In this document: one piece after another, positions 17,986-28,413 of the stretch | Layout of the letters: each line of letters opens with the position of its first letter | Numbering within the stretch: position 1 is the stretch's first letter | IMG/VR virus record: IMGVR_UViG_3300029339_000293 | Strand: one strand, 5' to 3' | DNA length: 64,000 nt | From: a virus | The notes under the pieces: generated by a model | Database searches by the model: none | Seen by the model: only the letters and a program-made list of their open reading frames with translations | What the model was told of the DNA's origin: nothing | Program-made: the position numbers and the translations under genes

Positions 17986-18043
17986 TTTTCAGCACCTCTT
18001 TTTGTATTTGCATACAATATGCTGAAATTTCCGCAAAAAAAAG

Positions 18044-18066
18044 ACGGTATTTATAAAATACCGTCC
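18044..18066 (-). terminator. Terminator of the operon ending at 18082
   Basis: GACGGTATTTATAAAATACCGTC hairpin followed by T8 on the minus strand. Confidence 0.55.
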
Positions 18067-18081
18067 ATAAAAATATAGCAA

Positions 18082-18690
18082 TCAGCAAAGCTGAAGTTCA
18101 CCGTTTATGCATTCATATGCGTATCCACAACACTCAAATGCAACATAATTTAAGTCTGTTGCAAAATAAACCGGACGTCTGTCGTAATATTTATCTTTAA
18201 TGTCGCGTATGACACCATGCCTGTTCTTCTGCTGTACTGGCATTTTTGATATTATTTTTATATTCTCCAGTACAAATCCAAACTCCTCATGAATATATGT
18301 TTTAGCATCATCTTCAGTTAGGAACTGGAATGAGCAGTCCTGCTGAATTGTCTGATAGGCACTATCAGTAATATATCGTTTGTCAACATACTCCTTCCAT
18401 TCTTCTTCCAGCTCAAGCTTTCTGTTAATGATTTTAAGCTGTGCTTTAAGAGAGTCTATCTCTTTTTTAAGAAGCGTTTTCTGCTCTTCGTGCTTCTCAT
18501 CACGAGCAATTTCATCCTCATCAGCCAACATCTGGATGAGTTCAGCAATACCGTCGGTATTATTTTTGTAGTAATTACAAAAATTTTCTTTTCTGACCAT
18601 CGGCATTTCCATATATTTCGCTTCTATGCAGCGATACAATGCATCAGAAGGATAGATTCCGGTCAATTCCTCAAACTCTTTTTTAAGCAT
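18082..18690 (-). CDS. Hypothetical protein (202 aa)
   Basis: RBS AAAGGAGC. Confidence 0.5.
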   Translation of the reverse strand: MLKKEFEELTGIYPSDALYRCIEAKYMEMPMVRKENFCNYYKNNTDGIAELIQMLADEDEIARDEKHEEQKTLLKKEIDSLKAQLKIINRKLELEEEWKEYVDKRYITDSAYQTIQQDCSFQFLTEDDAKTYIHEEFGFVLENIKIISKMPVQQKNRHGVIRDIKDKYYDRRPVYFATDLNYVAFECCGYAYECINGELQLC

Positions 18691-18707
18691 TTTTCTGCTC
18701 CTTTCTT

Positions 18708-18890
18708 TTAGACCACATCTGCGGAAACTCCGCAGTCTTCAGCGATTTCAATGACTGTACATACGTCTTCATCGGCGACAATCATGCGTCCTCCTTCGTC
18801 GTAATCGTAGTCAATGCCCTCTGCGTCAAGCTGGGCTTCAATACTTTCCCAATCATCTTCATCCGCTGCGTCAATAAGGATTCTCTCCAT
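18708..18890 (-). CDS. Highly acidic 60-aa protein (DNA-mimic-like composition)
   Basis: MERILIDAADEDDWESIEAQLDAEGIDYDYDEGGRMIVADEDVCTVIEIAEDCGVSADVV; about 40% Asp/Glu; RBS AAAGGAGAA. Confidence 0.45.
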   Translation of the reverse strand: MERILIDAADEDDWESIEAQLDAEGIDYDYDEGGRMIVADEDVCTVIEIAEDCGVSADVV

Positions 18891-18904
18891 GTTTGGTTCT
18901 CCTT

Positions 18905-19240
18905 TCAGATATATTTCAGAACATCTTCCGGTTCGCTGTAATTCTCATGTTCAAGCTCGTGTGCAGTATAATAAATATGATATGTATCAAAAACATTGCA
19001 GGCAGCAAATCCCATGTCCATAGCAAACGGGGCATCCTGTTTTACAACCTGCAGCTGGCTGATATCATCGGTGCCATGCTCAAAAGAATTTATATCTTTT
19101 TTTGCATCTCTTTTCGCCAGGTCAACCAGAATCTTTTTAATCTCGCTTACCTTACCGCAAGTTTTTAGAATTTTGACTCCATTTCTATCAGCAGAATTTG
19201 AAACAGCAATAATCCAGTCATATCTGATTCCTTCTCTCAT
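18905..19240 (-). CDS. Hypothetical protein, paralog of 19255..19665
   Basis: Shared segments IIAVSNSADRNGVKILKTCGKVSEIKKILVDLAKRD versus IIAIGNTEADGVRMFYAIGNVDQIKRALVELALED, and the C-terminal block (VFDTYHIYYTAHELE versus VFSDYHIDYTAQRLD). Confidence 0.5.
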   Translation of the reverse strand: MREGIRYDWIIAVSNSADRNGVKILKTCGKVSEIKKILVDLAKRDAKKDINSFEHGTDDISQLQVVKQDAPFAMDMGFAACNVFDTYHIYYTAHELEHENYSEPEDVLKYI

Positions 19241-19254
19241 TGATTTCTCCTTTC

Positions 19255-19665
19255 TCAGACTTCACGCATCTGCATAGAATCAAGGCGCTGCGCCGTATAG
19301 TCAATATGATAATCAGAAAAAACATTGTACGCGTTCAGCACTGTCACCTCATTCGTTTTACTGTCAGCGGTTTCTTCAACATCTGAAATGTCCTCAGTAC
19401 CGTAATTAAAACTCTCTTCATCATTGCCTTTGTCTTCCAGGGCGAGCTCTACAAGAGCCCGCTTAATCTGGTCAACATTACCAATTGCATAAAACATTCT
19501 GACGCCGTCAGCTTCAGTATTTCCGATTGCGATGATACCGCGAGCTATGCTCGCGTGTACCAGACGTGGACGGAGTTTCTGTCCTCTCCGTACACTTTCA
19601 TGACTATCGTATCCGACGAACAACTCAGAGGTTGGCCACGGTTTTTCCGTCCATCGATAATCCAC
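19255..19665 (-). CDS. Hypothetical protein, paralog of 18905..19240 (start uncertain; GTG at 19665 or an internal start)
   Basis: The ORF track frame begins with GTG. An ATG 12 nt upstream is in another frame (a 46-codon upstream ORF). Homology to the paralog begins near residue 40. Confidence 0.4.
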   Translation of the reverse strand: MDYRWTEKPWPTSELFVGYDSHESVRRGQKLRPRLVHASIARGIIAIGNTEADGVRMFYAIGNVDQIKRALVELALEDKGNDEESFNYGTEDISDVEETADSKTNEVTVLNAYNVFSDYHIDYTAQRLDSMQMREV

Positions 19666-19669
19666 TTTG

Positions 19670-20614
19670 TCAGCATACTTTTTCTCCTTTCTTTGCCTCT
19701 TCCTTCGGCTGGGCCAAAACGGAATCTGATTTATAAGGAACTGTACCTGCCGGCACTACAAGTGAAGCGCGGTCAGTATGTACGTGCTGGTCATCAAAGA
19801 AAATCTGTGGTTTAAACTCTCTCAAAACATAAGTTTTATCAAGTCCTCCAAGGAAGAACGCCTGATTCACCTTGATTCCCCATGCTCTCAGTGTTTTAAT
19901 GGTTCTCGCATGAGCCGGTGCACTCCTGGCAGTAACAAGGGCGGTAACGATTTTTGTTTCGCTCTCTTTTCCCTCTTTTTCCTGCTTTGTCTGGATTTTA
20001 GACAATGCACGGAGGAATTTTGCCATTGGTCCCTCTTTCATTGGGATATTTGCTTTCTCGCTTTCATTCTTGCCGAATGCTTCAAGCCCTTCTGATTTGA
20101 AGACTGCCTCTGACTCGTCACCGAACAGGACAGCATCACCGTCAAATGCCACACGAAGCTCTGTTGCCTCTGTCATGTACTTTGCAGCAGAAGTAATCAT
20201 TGTTGCTGCCGGAATCCCATTATCAATCGCAGCCTTTGCGGAGTCATCATTTGCCGTAAGATACAGGTCAATATCAAGAGATTTCAGATAATTGATAATA
20301 CTCTCTCCACCTGTAAAGAATCCGCGGCAAATATTAAGCCCATGCGCCTGGATTGAGTTAAAGACACGAAGGCTTGTGTCAGCAGTATTTCTTGATACTA
20401 CGATAACCTCAACATCATCTTCACCAAGCTCCAGGAGAGCTTTCACAACAGGGAATGCTGCTCCCGGCTGTAAGACAGCCTTTTCATGTTTCACCTGATA
20501 TTTCTCGTAAGCCTCTTTACCTTTCTTAAGGAAAATCTCGTCCTCTTTTTCCAGCTGAAATAATGCACGGCTTGAAACAGCTACCTTTAACTTTCCATCG
20601 ATTGTATATGCCAT
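19670..20614 (-). CDS. Internally duplicated alpha/beta protein, tentatively a HAD-like/5'-nucleotidase-family hydrolase
   Basis: Start MAYTIDGK with RBS AAAGGGGT. The two halves are similar (VEVIVVSRNTADTSLRVFNSIQAHGLNI..FFTGGES versus IVTALVTARSAPAHARTIKTLRAWGIKVNQAFFLGGLD). Family assignment is from memory of PF06189-like proteins and is weak. Confidence 0.3.
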   Translation of the reverse strand: MAYTIDGKLKVAVSSRALFQLEKEDEIFLKKGKEAYEKYQVKHEKAVLQPGAAFPVVKALLELGEDDVEVIVVSRNTADTSLRVFNSIQAHGLNICRGFFTGGESIINYLKSLDIDLYLTANDDSAKAAIDNGIPAATMITSAAKYMTEATELRVAFDGDAVLFGDESEAVFKSEGLEAFGKNESEKANIPMKEGPMAKFLRALSKIQTKQEKEGKESETKIVTALVTARSAPAHARTIKTLRAWGIKVNQAFFLGGLDKTYVLREFKPQIFFDDQHVHTDRASLVVPAGTVPYKSDSVLAQPKEEAKKGEKVC

Positions 20615-20794
20615 ATTCTTTTTACCCCTTTCTTTGTGCATAAAGTTATATTTACAAAGTCAATATGCTTGAAAAATACCAATACAAAATGCAAAAAAGT
20701 CATCATGTTATCTCTGGTATATTTTAAGATTGTTAACGTTTTCAGCATATTAAACATGTATCAAAAAAATACAAAGAAAGGAACCGAAAAGAAT

Positions 20795-22612
20795 ATGGAG
20801 AAATTTAAAGTTGAAGGAGTTACATTTTACTATGAATCGCAGAAGTATTATGCAAGTAAATGTGACATCAAAGATATTGATATTGAAAAAGGGGTAGACA
20901 CTGTTGTTTTTACAGCTCCGCCGTCAATCAGGTATGTAGACATTAAACTTTCAAAAGTAAAAAAGCAGTTTCCGGATGTAACGACATTAATAATTGAGAA
21001 TAAAATTCAACACATAGAAATATCGAATTTTTTGTTTCCAAACATCAAAAATGTGATTTCCAAAAATGAGATGTTTGAAAATGGGAATCTGCTTCTTGAG
21101 CGCAATTACGGAAAAGATGGTTATAACCTGCTTAATGCCTTTTGTAAAGGGCCCGAAGAACTTATTGACTTATCCAAAGTGATTAGAGTTCGCAACTATG
21201 CGTTTGAAGGATGCCGTTCTAAAAATATTGTTAATGCAGGTAACATATCATCAATGGATGTTAAATCATTTTCAGGCTCTATCTTTGCCATGGATAATGA
21301 TTATGAAAAAGGAATTAAAGCTATAGGCAGATTTCTTATTGGTATTGATTATTCTATACCCGTTATAGAAATTCCTGAGACTGTAACAGAAAATGCATGC
21401 AATTTTGACGAATGCAAAACAGTAAAAGAGATTGTGTTAAAAAATGACAGTTCAATCGATGCACTTCATAATTGTTATTATAATGCTATCATATGCGATA
21501 AAATCTCTATTGATTATGATGGGTATATCAGTTTATCATCATTAAGAACGGTTAGGTATAGAGAAATCAATGTTACAGCCAAAAATACAGCGTATGATTC
21601 TTATGATGGAATGCTGTTTGATGATACCGGACGTTTTCTTTATGCATGCCCTTCACTTTATGAAGGAGAAGTTGTTATCAAGGAAGGTACTGAATATATT
21701 GAAGACTATGCTTTTTACAATGTCCAAAACATAACTTCCGTGAAGTTTCCAGACAGCCTAAAGGAGCTTGGGAATTCTGCCTTTTCTAATTGCGTAAACC
21801 TCAAACGTATTGATTTCGGGAAAGGGCTGACTCACATTGGAGGAAGCTATGGAACAAGTGTTTTCTCATACTGTACTGGTATTAAAAATATTCATATACC
21901 GTCTACGATAAGATTAATTGGAGCGTTAGCGTTCTCTAATTGCCAATTAGACACTATCACTTTAGATGAGGGTGTTGAAGTTATTGATTCCAACGCATTT
22001 GCTGGATGCCATATCAAAGAAATCACGCTTCCAAAATCAACACACTGCCTGAAAAGTGGATGCTTTGATGGGGTGGAACGTATCATTATTAAGGGCGATG
22101 TTCCGCCTGGATTAATCCCTTCTCTTATCTATCAATATAGTAATGGAAGGCAATATGATACATTATATGATATCGTAGAAATTACAGATAGAGAGAACGT
22201 CATATTTGTGCCAAAATTTATGCAATCATGTGACATTAATACTTTTGATAGACGCCTTATGTACAGACCTTTAAAAGATACCATCACTGTACCTGGGTTT
22301 ATTAACAGTATTTGCAATTATGCTGTTACACTTGAGGTGCGTCAGAACTTATCAATCATAATATACAAGCATACGAAGGATAAGGAACTCCGTTCTTATC
22401 TTCGTCGTGCTTCGCTTAGTATTGCAAAGCGCTTTATTATCAACGGAGATGAAGAAAGACTTGTTGATTTGCTGAGCCTTGACCTGATGACAGTTGCCTC
22501 AATGAAGAAAATCCTTGATTCTGTCAAGGATGCGGAGATGACTTCTGCATCAGCTTACATTCTCTCTGCAATTAATAATGCAGGAGGTGACAAAAAAACA
22601 TTTAAGCTTTAA
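20795..22612 (+). CDS. BspA-type leucine-rich-repeat (LRR_5) family protein, paralog
   Basis: Start MEKFKVEG (RBS AAAGGAA). N-terminal module FPDVTTLIIENKIQHIEISNFLFPNIKNVISKN; central repeats of the form IP.SV..IG..AF..C..L; no signal peptide. Confidence 0.7.
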   Translation: MEKFKVEGVTFYYESQKYYASKCDIKDIDIEKGVDTVVFTAPPSIRYVDIKLSKVKKQFPDVTTLIIENKIQHIEISNFLFPNIKNVISKNEMFENGNLLLERNYGKDGYNLLNAFCKGPEELIDLSKVIRVRNYAFEGCRSKNIVNAGNISSMDVKSFSGSIFAMDNDYEKGIKAIGRFLIGIDYSIPVIEIPETVTENACNFDECKTVKEIVLKNDSSIDALHNCYYNAIICDKISIDYDGYISLSSLRTVRYREINVTAKNTAYDSYDGMLFDDTGRFLYACPSLYEGEVVIKEGTEYIEDYAFYNVQNITSVKFPDSLKELGNSAFSNCVNLKRIDFGKGLTHIGGSYGTSVFSYCTGIKNIHIPSTIRLIGALAFSNCQLDTITLDEGVEVIDSNAFAGCHIKEITLPKSTHCLKSGCFDGVERIIIKGDVPPGLIPSLIYQYSNGRQYDTLYDIVEITDRENVIFVPKFMQSCDINTFDRRLMYRPLKDTITVPGFINSICNYAVTLEVRQNLSIIIYKHTKDKELRSYLRRASLSIAKRFIINGDEERLVDLLSLDLMTVASMKKILDSVKDAEMTSASAYILSAINNAGGDKKTFKL

Positions 22613-22750
22613 AATTTTTCAGATATCACAAAGAGCAGGTATTAATTTCCCTGCTCTTATTTTTTGTTTTTATTAAAGAATATTTTTTCGTTTTTCTGTC
22701 CATATTTTTAGTCTTTTTTTATCTTCTTTTTTTGTTTTTCTCCTCTCTCT

Positions 22751-22765
22751 CGCATATTAAAAATG
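22751..22765 (+). promoter_or_regulatory. Plus-orientation instance of the promoter-like core (CGCATATTAAAAATG) upstream of ligA
   Basis: Core GCATATTAA begins 50 nt upstream of the ATG. Confidence 0.45.
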
Positions 22766-22801
22766 TATCAAAAATATATACACAAAGAAAGGAGTTCTCA
22801 A

Positions 22802-24832
22802 ATGAACAAAAAAAGAATGCAGTACCTCATTGAAACCCTTAATCATGCAGCCGACGTATACTACAATACAGGCGAGGAAGTCATGCCAAACTTTGAATAT
22901 GACGCACTGTATGATGAGCTTGAGGATTTGGAAACCGAAACAGGAATTATTCTTCCTGATTCTCCAACACAGCGTGCCGGTATTGATGTGAATGGAGCAA
23001 ATCTTCCGAAAGTTATGCATGAATATCCCGCTCTCTCACTTGCAAAGACAAAGGATGTTTCACTGTTTCCAAAGACTTTTTCTTTCGGGCAATCTGTCCT
23101 GATGTGGAAGGAAGACGGAGGAACCTTGATTGCAACATATGACGATGGAAAACTGACGACACTTGCAACGCGTGGAAATGGACGTGTTGGACAAAATATC
23201 ACATACAATGCAAAGTATATCCACGGCCTGCCGTTAGAATTGCCATTTGCTTCTCATTTTGTCGTAAGAGGCGAGGCTCTTATGAGTTATAAGGAGTTTG
23301 AGCGCGTTAATGCAGAATTGCCGGACGATGTGATACCGTACAAAAATCCAAGAAACCTGGCAAATTCTACCGTAAGTCTTGAGGCAAAGAAGAAGGTAGA
23401 AGGCCGCGAAATCTGGTTTCATGCATTTAAGCTGGTGCATATTGAAGAAGATTATGGCAAAGAACGCTCTTTCTTCAATGATATGGAATTTCTTAAATCC
23501 ATTGGATTTGAAACAACAGAACATATCTTATGCAATGCCTCCAATCTGGAAGCAAAAATCCAGGAGATGACAGACAAAGTTTCTGATTATGAGTTTCCTG
23601 TTGACGGCTTGGTTGTTGCATCCAATGATGTAGAATATGCAGAAAGCCAGCCCGGAAACGGACATAATCCAAACAAATTGGTCGGATTTGCCCTTAAATG
23701 GGAAGACGAGACGGTTGAAACGATACTCAGAAATATAGAATGGTCAGCAAGCCGAACTGGTCTTTTGAATCCGGTAACAGTATTTGACCCGGTAGAACTG
23801 GAAGGGACAACCGTTTCCCGTGCAAGCGTCCACAATGTTTCAATTATCCGGAAACTGAGACTTCGCATCGGTGATACCGTTTCTGTATACAAGGCGAACA
23901 AGATAATCCCGCAGATTGCAGAAAACGCTTCTGCTGCCGGAGTTTTATCTGATGACGAAGCCCTGCCGAAAGAATGCCCATGCTGCCATGGTCCAGTCCA
24001 TGCAGTTGTAACCAGCAATCAGAAGGTAGATGTGGAAGTCGCCATGTGTGAGAACCCGGATTGTGCAGCAAAGCATATTGGTAAATTTACACATTTCGTA
24101 GAACGTAACTGCATGAACATTTTAGGCTTGTCAAAAGCGACACTTACGTACTTCATTGACCGCGGATGGATTCAGCACTTTGCTGATATTTACAATCTGG
24201 ACAGATATAAAGAAGAAATTGTAAACGCCAAAGGATTCGGCAAAAAATCATACAAAAACATGATTGATGCCATTGAAAAAAGCCGCAAGACAAGTTTTAT
24301 TCCGCTCATCCACGCTCTTGGAATTCCGAATATCGGAGAAGGTCAGGCGAAACTCTTTGCGAAGGAGTATGCAGGCAATTTGGATAAATTCCTGGACGAC
24401 GTATTTGCATGCAAAGATTTCAGTCATATTGTAGGCATTGGACAGGTTTTAAATAAAAGCCTTATCGCTTGGGGAAAAGAATATCTGGCATATAAAAGTC
24501 CAGATGCAGAGGTTACGAACACGGAAATCAAAGACCTGCTTGCCGAGTTGACAGTTGAAATTCCAGAGCAGAAGGCTCCAGCTGAAGATGCTGTCTCTCT
24601 CGCCGGAAAGACTTTTGTCATTACAGGAGATGTCTACCACTTTAAGAATCGTAATGAATTAAAGGCGAAGATTGAGTCTCTTGGAGGAAGAGTCAGCGGT
24701 TCTGTATCATCTAAGACAACTTATCTTATTAACAACGATACGGAATCAACATCAAGTAAGAATCAGAAGGCAAAGATGCTTGGGATTCCGATTATTTCGG
24801 AAGATGAGTTTCTTGAAATGCTGCAAAACTGA
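22802..24832 (+). CDS. ligA: NAD-dependent DNA ligase LigA
   Basis: Adenylation motif WKEDGGTL (KxDG), OB-fold, Zn-finger cysteines CPCCHGPVH...C, HhH repeats (GIPNIGEGQA) and a C-terminal BRCT domain; RBS AAAGGAG. Confidence 0.9.
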   Translation: MNKKRMQYLIETLNHAADVYYNTGEEVMPNFEYDALYDELEDLETETGIILPDSPTQRAGIDVNGANLPKVMHEYPALSLAKTKDVSLFPKTFSFGQSVLMWKEDGGTLIATYDDGKLTTLATRGNGRVGQNITYNAKYIHGLPLELPFASHFVVRGEALMSYKEFERVNAELPDDVIPYKNPRNLANSTVSLEAKKKVEGREIWFHAFKLVHIEEDYGKERSFFNDMEFLKSIGFETTEHILCNASNLEAKIQEMTDKVSDYEFPVDGLVVASNDVEYAESQPGNGHNPNKLVGFALKWEDETVETILRNIEWSASRTGLLNPVTVFDPVELEGTTVSRASVHNVSIIRKLRLRIGDTVSVYKANKIIPQIAENASAAGVLSDDEALPKECPCCHGPVHAVVTSNQKVDVEVAMCENPDCAAKHIGKFTHFVERNCMNILGLSKATLTYFIDRGWIQHFADIYNLDRYKEEIVNAKGFGKKSYKNMIDAIEKSRKTSFIPLIHALGIPNIGEGQAKLFAKEYAGNLDKFLDDVFACKDFSHIVGIGQVLNKSLIAWGKEYLAYKSPDAEVTNTEIKDLLAELTVEIPEQKAPAEDAVSLAGKTFVITGDVYHFKNRNELKAKIESLGGRVSGSVSSKTTYLINNDTESTSSKNQKAKMLGIPIISEDEFLEMLQN

Positions 24833-24978
24833 AAATTGTTTCAAACAATAAAGAGAGCCCAGGCAAATCATGCCTGTGGCTCTTTTTTAAACTTTATTTT
24901 TCTCTTATTTTTTTTGTTTTTTTCTTCCTTTTTTAGCTTTTATCTTGCTTGTTTTTATCTTTTTCCCCCAACAAAAAA

Positions 24979-25000
24979 CGGACCGGCTTTCGCCGGTCCG
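24979..25000 (-). terminator. Terminator of LRR gene 25001..26713
   Basis: CGGACCGGCTTTCGCCGGTCCG hairpin followed by a T-run on the minus strand. Confidence 0.5.
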
Positions 25001-26713
25001 TCAGATTTGGAATCTTTCTTTTTCTTTTTTTGTTTCTTTTAGAACATACGCCTTTGCAACCGGCATCCTGTCTGCAGCATCGGAGTTTAAGAATGACGAC
25101 TTTTCTTTTTCTGACATCATGCCTGCTTTTAACAGCCGGACGACCATTTCATCATCCAGTTTTGCTTCTGCTTCTTTTAAGATACTTTTAACATGCCTTC
25201 TTAAGTATTCTTTTGCGTTTTTGTCCTGGAACGTGTCATATTCATACCATGCAAGTTTCCTGCGTGTCTTTTCTGTCCTTGCATATCCGTATACGGAAAA
25301 GCGCTCCGCTGCCGGTGTCTCAAAGTACTCCTTCAGTTTTTGGAAAAGAATATTCTTATTCGTATAACACACCTGCTTTGGAATCATTATCTCTTTTTCT
25401 TTTGTCTGGATAAGCAGCATGGCGTCGTTTCCTTCACACATCAGGTCGAGTAGAATACTTGGCGTGTATTTTTCCAGGTATACTGTCTTTAAACTGTCTG
25501 GGAATGCATTATCTCCAATCTGTGTCACAGACGCCGGAATCCGGATTTCTTCAATATTGGTATCCAGGAATACGTTTTTCCCGATTTTCTGCAGCCCATC
25601 GTTCAGGATTACAGATTTCAGGCCGGAATAGGTAAACGCATTCATTGCTATTACCTTCAGTGCTTTTGGCATCGTAATGGATTTCAGGCTTTCGCATGAG
25701 AAAAACGCATACTCGCCAATTTTTTCCACACCGTTTCCAAGGCTTGCGGACGCCAGTTTGTCGCAGTTAGACATGGCATATCCATTTATCTTTTTAACCG
25801 AATCTGGAATTGCAATAGACCTGATAGCCGTTCTTTCCAGAGAAAAGCCGGTTATTTCTTTCACGCCTTCCGGAATGACCACATCTCCAGGGTTGACCGA
25901 ACCGGCAATCAGTTCTTCCATATTATCGGTATATAATAGTCCGTTTTCCATCCTTACTCCCAGCGCTTTTTGCGTTCGTTCTGTTATGCAGAACTCATGG
26001 ATATAAGAACCGTAGACTCTTCTTTGCATGAGTTCCCTGACATCCTCTGGATACATGGAGTAGTCATTAGCATCCAGCGTTAATTTTTGTGGAAATGTCC
26101 GGATGAGGTTACGCGAAAAGGTGTCATTGTGTGATATCATATGTTTCACCCCGGATACATCCACGCAAAAATAGGTAATCTTCTTTTCCTCGTCCGGAAG
26201 TATGATTACATCTGCATCCTTATCTACGTCAACCAGGATAGAATCTGCCATCTTCACCCCGTTCACAAACGGCTGCTTTTCAAATGCAGAACCAGTAAAC
26301 GCATTTTTATCGCAGTCGCAGATATGCGAGGTTCCCTGCAGGTCCAGACTCTCGCATCCGTCAAAGGCGAAAGCCCCGATTTTCTGGACACCTAAGAGAT
26401 TGATGGTCTCACCCTTTCTTCGGCAGAATGTGTTTAACAGGATTTTCAGTCCGGCTTTTTGTATCAGGTATTCACCGGAAAGAAAACTGGAGCTGTTTGA
26501 AATTACCTTTCTCACATTTGGAAACATCCGGTTTGGAATCACGATTTCTTCAACATGCTCTCCAATCTTCAGTTCTGTTACTTCCGGAAAACATGGCGGC
26601 TTTCGCATCCGTATCCCGCAGACGATTTCAATGCCCTGTCCGCCAGTTTTTGTCTGATACCGTTTTACATACCCGTCAAGGGCGTTTTCTTTCTGTTTTT
26701 CTAAAAATTCCAT
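25001..26713 (-). CDS. BspA-type LRR family protein, paralog
   Basis: 570 aa; RBS AAAGGAGT; N-terminal module FPEVTELKIGEHVEEIVIPNRMFPNVRKVISNS; LRR_5-type repeats; conserved C-terminal module (..AKEYLRRHVKSILKEAEAKLDDEMVVRLLKAG..). Confidence 0.7.
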   Translation of the reverse strand: MEFLEKQKENALDGYVKRYQTKTGGQGIEIVCGIRMRKPPCFPEVTELKIGEHVEEIVIPNRMFPNVRKVISNSSSFLSGEYLIQKAGLKILLNTFCRRKGETINLLGVQKIGAFAFDGCESLDLQGTSHICDCDKNAFTGSAFEKQPFVNGVKMADSILVDVDKDADVIILPDEEKKITYFCVDVSGVKHMISHNDTFSRNLIRTFPQKLTLDANDYSMYPEDVRELMQRRVYGSYIHEFCITERTQKALGVRMENGLLYTDNMEELIAGSVNPGDVVIPEGVKEITGFSLERTAIRSIAIPDSVKKINGYAMSNCDKLASASLGNGVEKIGEYAFFSCESLKSITMPKALKVIAMNAFTYSGLKSVILNDGLQKIGKNVFLDTNIEEIRIPASVTQIGDNAFPDSLKTVYLEKYTPSILLDLMCEGNDAMLLIQTKEKEIMIPKQVCYTNKNILFQKLKEYFETPAAERFSVYGYARTEKTRRKLAWYEYDTFQDKNAKEYLRRHVKSILKEAEAKLDDEMVVRLLKAGMMSEKEKSSFLNSDAADRMPVAKAYVLKETKKEKERFQI

Positions 26714-26772
26714 CTTTTTTTACTCCTTTCTTGTTTCTTACAGGCTTAATATGTTGCAATCCTGCAGCATAC

Positions 26773-26805
26773 AAAAAGCCGGCGCTTTCGCGCCGGCCTG
26801 TCTCT
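26773..26805 (-). terminator. Terminator ending the tnpB-3/right-end transcript
   Basis: GCCGGCGCTTTCGCGCCGGC hairpin followed by a T-run on the minus strand. Confidence 0.5.
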
Positions 26806-26809
26806 TAGA

Positions 26810-27055
26810 TATAGAATTTTGATTAAGTCAACTACTCCGCCCCTAAAGGGAGCGGAGCTTGCTGGGTTCCTCCCACAGTAGGTTATAGAGTTTGTGTCTC
26901 GTTCATTTGGTCCTAACGTCATTTTCCCGAAGGAAAAAGCTCCCAAACTATGCTTTAGCATACATCCCTGGGTACACAGGATTACGGAAATCACATCGCC
27001 GGGCTGTTGACATGCCCGCTTTTTAATTTTAGCAGGATATACCCGCCAAAAATAT
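26810..27055 (-). ncRNA. Candidate ωRNA/right-end region of TnpB-3
   Basis: About 245 nt, conspicuously GC-rich and hairpin-rich, immediately 3' of tnpB. Assigned by position only. Confidence 0.35.
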
Positions 27056-27057
27056 AT

Positions 27058-28308
27058 TTAGTTTTTTGAAAAATGAGGATTTATCTCTCCGTTTACATAT
27101 TTTAGACAAAGAGCAAAAAGATTCATTGCTCCAATCCTGTCATCATTTGAACGATATCCGCATATATCGCAAATATATTCATGAGTGTTATGATTTCGGT
27201 TTTCTTTATGTATACGGCCGCATACAGGACATCTCTTGGATGTATAGTTTGCAGGAACCTTAATCACTTTTGCTCCAATTTCATTTGCTTTATATGTCAG
27301 GAATTGTTCAAACTGGTAGAATGACCAGGACCTGAGCTCATATCTTCCGTCTGATGGACGGTTTTTTAAATTTTCTTCGCTAAAACTCACTCCTGTAAGG
27401 TCTTCAATCACAAATAGCGTATTTTCTCCATAACTGCGAACGAGTGTCTTAGATATCTGATGATTAATATCAGTCATCCAGCGGTTTTCTCTTCCAGTCA
27501 GACGTTTTAATACGCGTTTTGCTGATTTCGTTCCTCTTGACTGAAGTTCGGCACGAACAGCCTGAAATTTATCTCTTTTTTTCATAATGTCAGTCCCGTT
27601 GACAAAACCAGTCTTTCCTTCTTCATCATATGTGGTGATTAAGAATCTGAGTCTACGGTCAATCCCAATCAAGTGCTCAGTGTTATCAGTATTAAATATT
27701 TTATCTGCCGCTTTTGTCATTGGAATATGAAAATACCATTCCCCATGTAAAGAAACAATCTTGCCTGTTCCAAATTTCCAGGTTCCGTCAAAATATTCCT
27801 TAAAATTGTCAGGAAGGTCATAGTTTACACATATACGCTTTTTTAATGTATTCAAGGAGAGTTTTTGTTCTCCTATTACAGAGTCATTAACAAAGCTGTA
27901 ATCTCTGTTAAAGACAAAGTCTGCCTGCGGACGCCTGAAAGCTATTGGTCTGTATAACCAGTCCAAAGTCCTCGTAATGTAATTCCATTCGCCATTCTCA
28001 TCTTTATATTTATATGGTTTCTGAGACAGCTGTTCTTTTACAGATTTGTATCTTGCCGCAGAGGTCTTTATTGCAGAAATTGCCATCTGTGATTTCAATT
28101 TAAACTTATCTCTGATTGTGTGATAAATCTTTTCTTGAAGGCTCATAAAACCAAGTTCAAATCCATTATTAAAGATGTATTCTGAAATATAAGTACAGGC
28201 ATCTGCATACACGGTAGTAACATCAATTAATTTCTGCACATCATCTTTTGCTACATTGATGTGGAGCTTCATAGTTTTAACGATGTTATTATTTTCAATT
28301 TCTGCCAT
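27058..28308 (-). CDS. tnpB: IS200/IS605-family TnpB (OrfB) with a C-terminal zinc finger
   Basis: Start MAEIENNN; C-terminus CPVCGRIHKENRNHNTHEYICDICGYRSNDDRIGAMN (CxxC..CxxC) and RuvC-like motifs. Confidence 0.85.
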   Translation of the reverse strand: MAEIENNNIVKTMKLHINVAKDDVQKLIDVTTVYADACTYISEYIFNNGFELGFMSLQEKIYHTIRDKFKLKSQMAISAIKTSAARYKSVKEQLSQKPYKYKDENGEWNYITRTLDWLYRPIAFRRPQADFVFNRDYSFVNDSVIGEQKLSLNTLKKRICVNYDLPDNFKEYFDGTWKFGTGKIVSLHGEWYFHIPMTKAADKIFNTDNTEHLIGIDRRLRFLITTYDEEGKTGFVNGTDIMKKRDKFQAVRAELQSRGTKSAKRVLKRLTGRENRWMTDINHQISKTLVRSYGENTLFVIEDLTGVSFSEENLKNRPSDGRYELRSWSFYQFEQFLTYKANEIGAKVIKVPANYTSKRCPVCGRIHKENRNHNTHEYICDICGYRSNDDRIGAMNLFALCLKYVNGEINPHFSKN

Positions 28309-28413
28309 AAATTCCACCACCTTTATAATTTTTCTGGCATATTTAATATGCTGAAATATTTAAAAATGGGACACAGAAATTGAATTTTCTTATTTTTTAC
28401 ATGGAGATATAAT

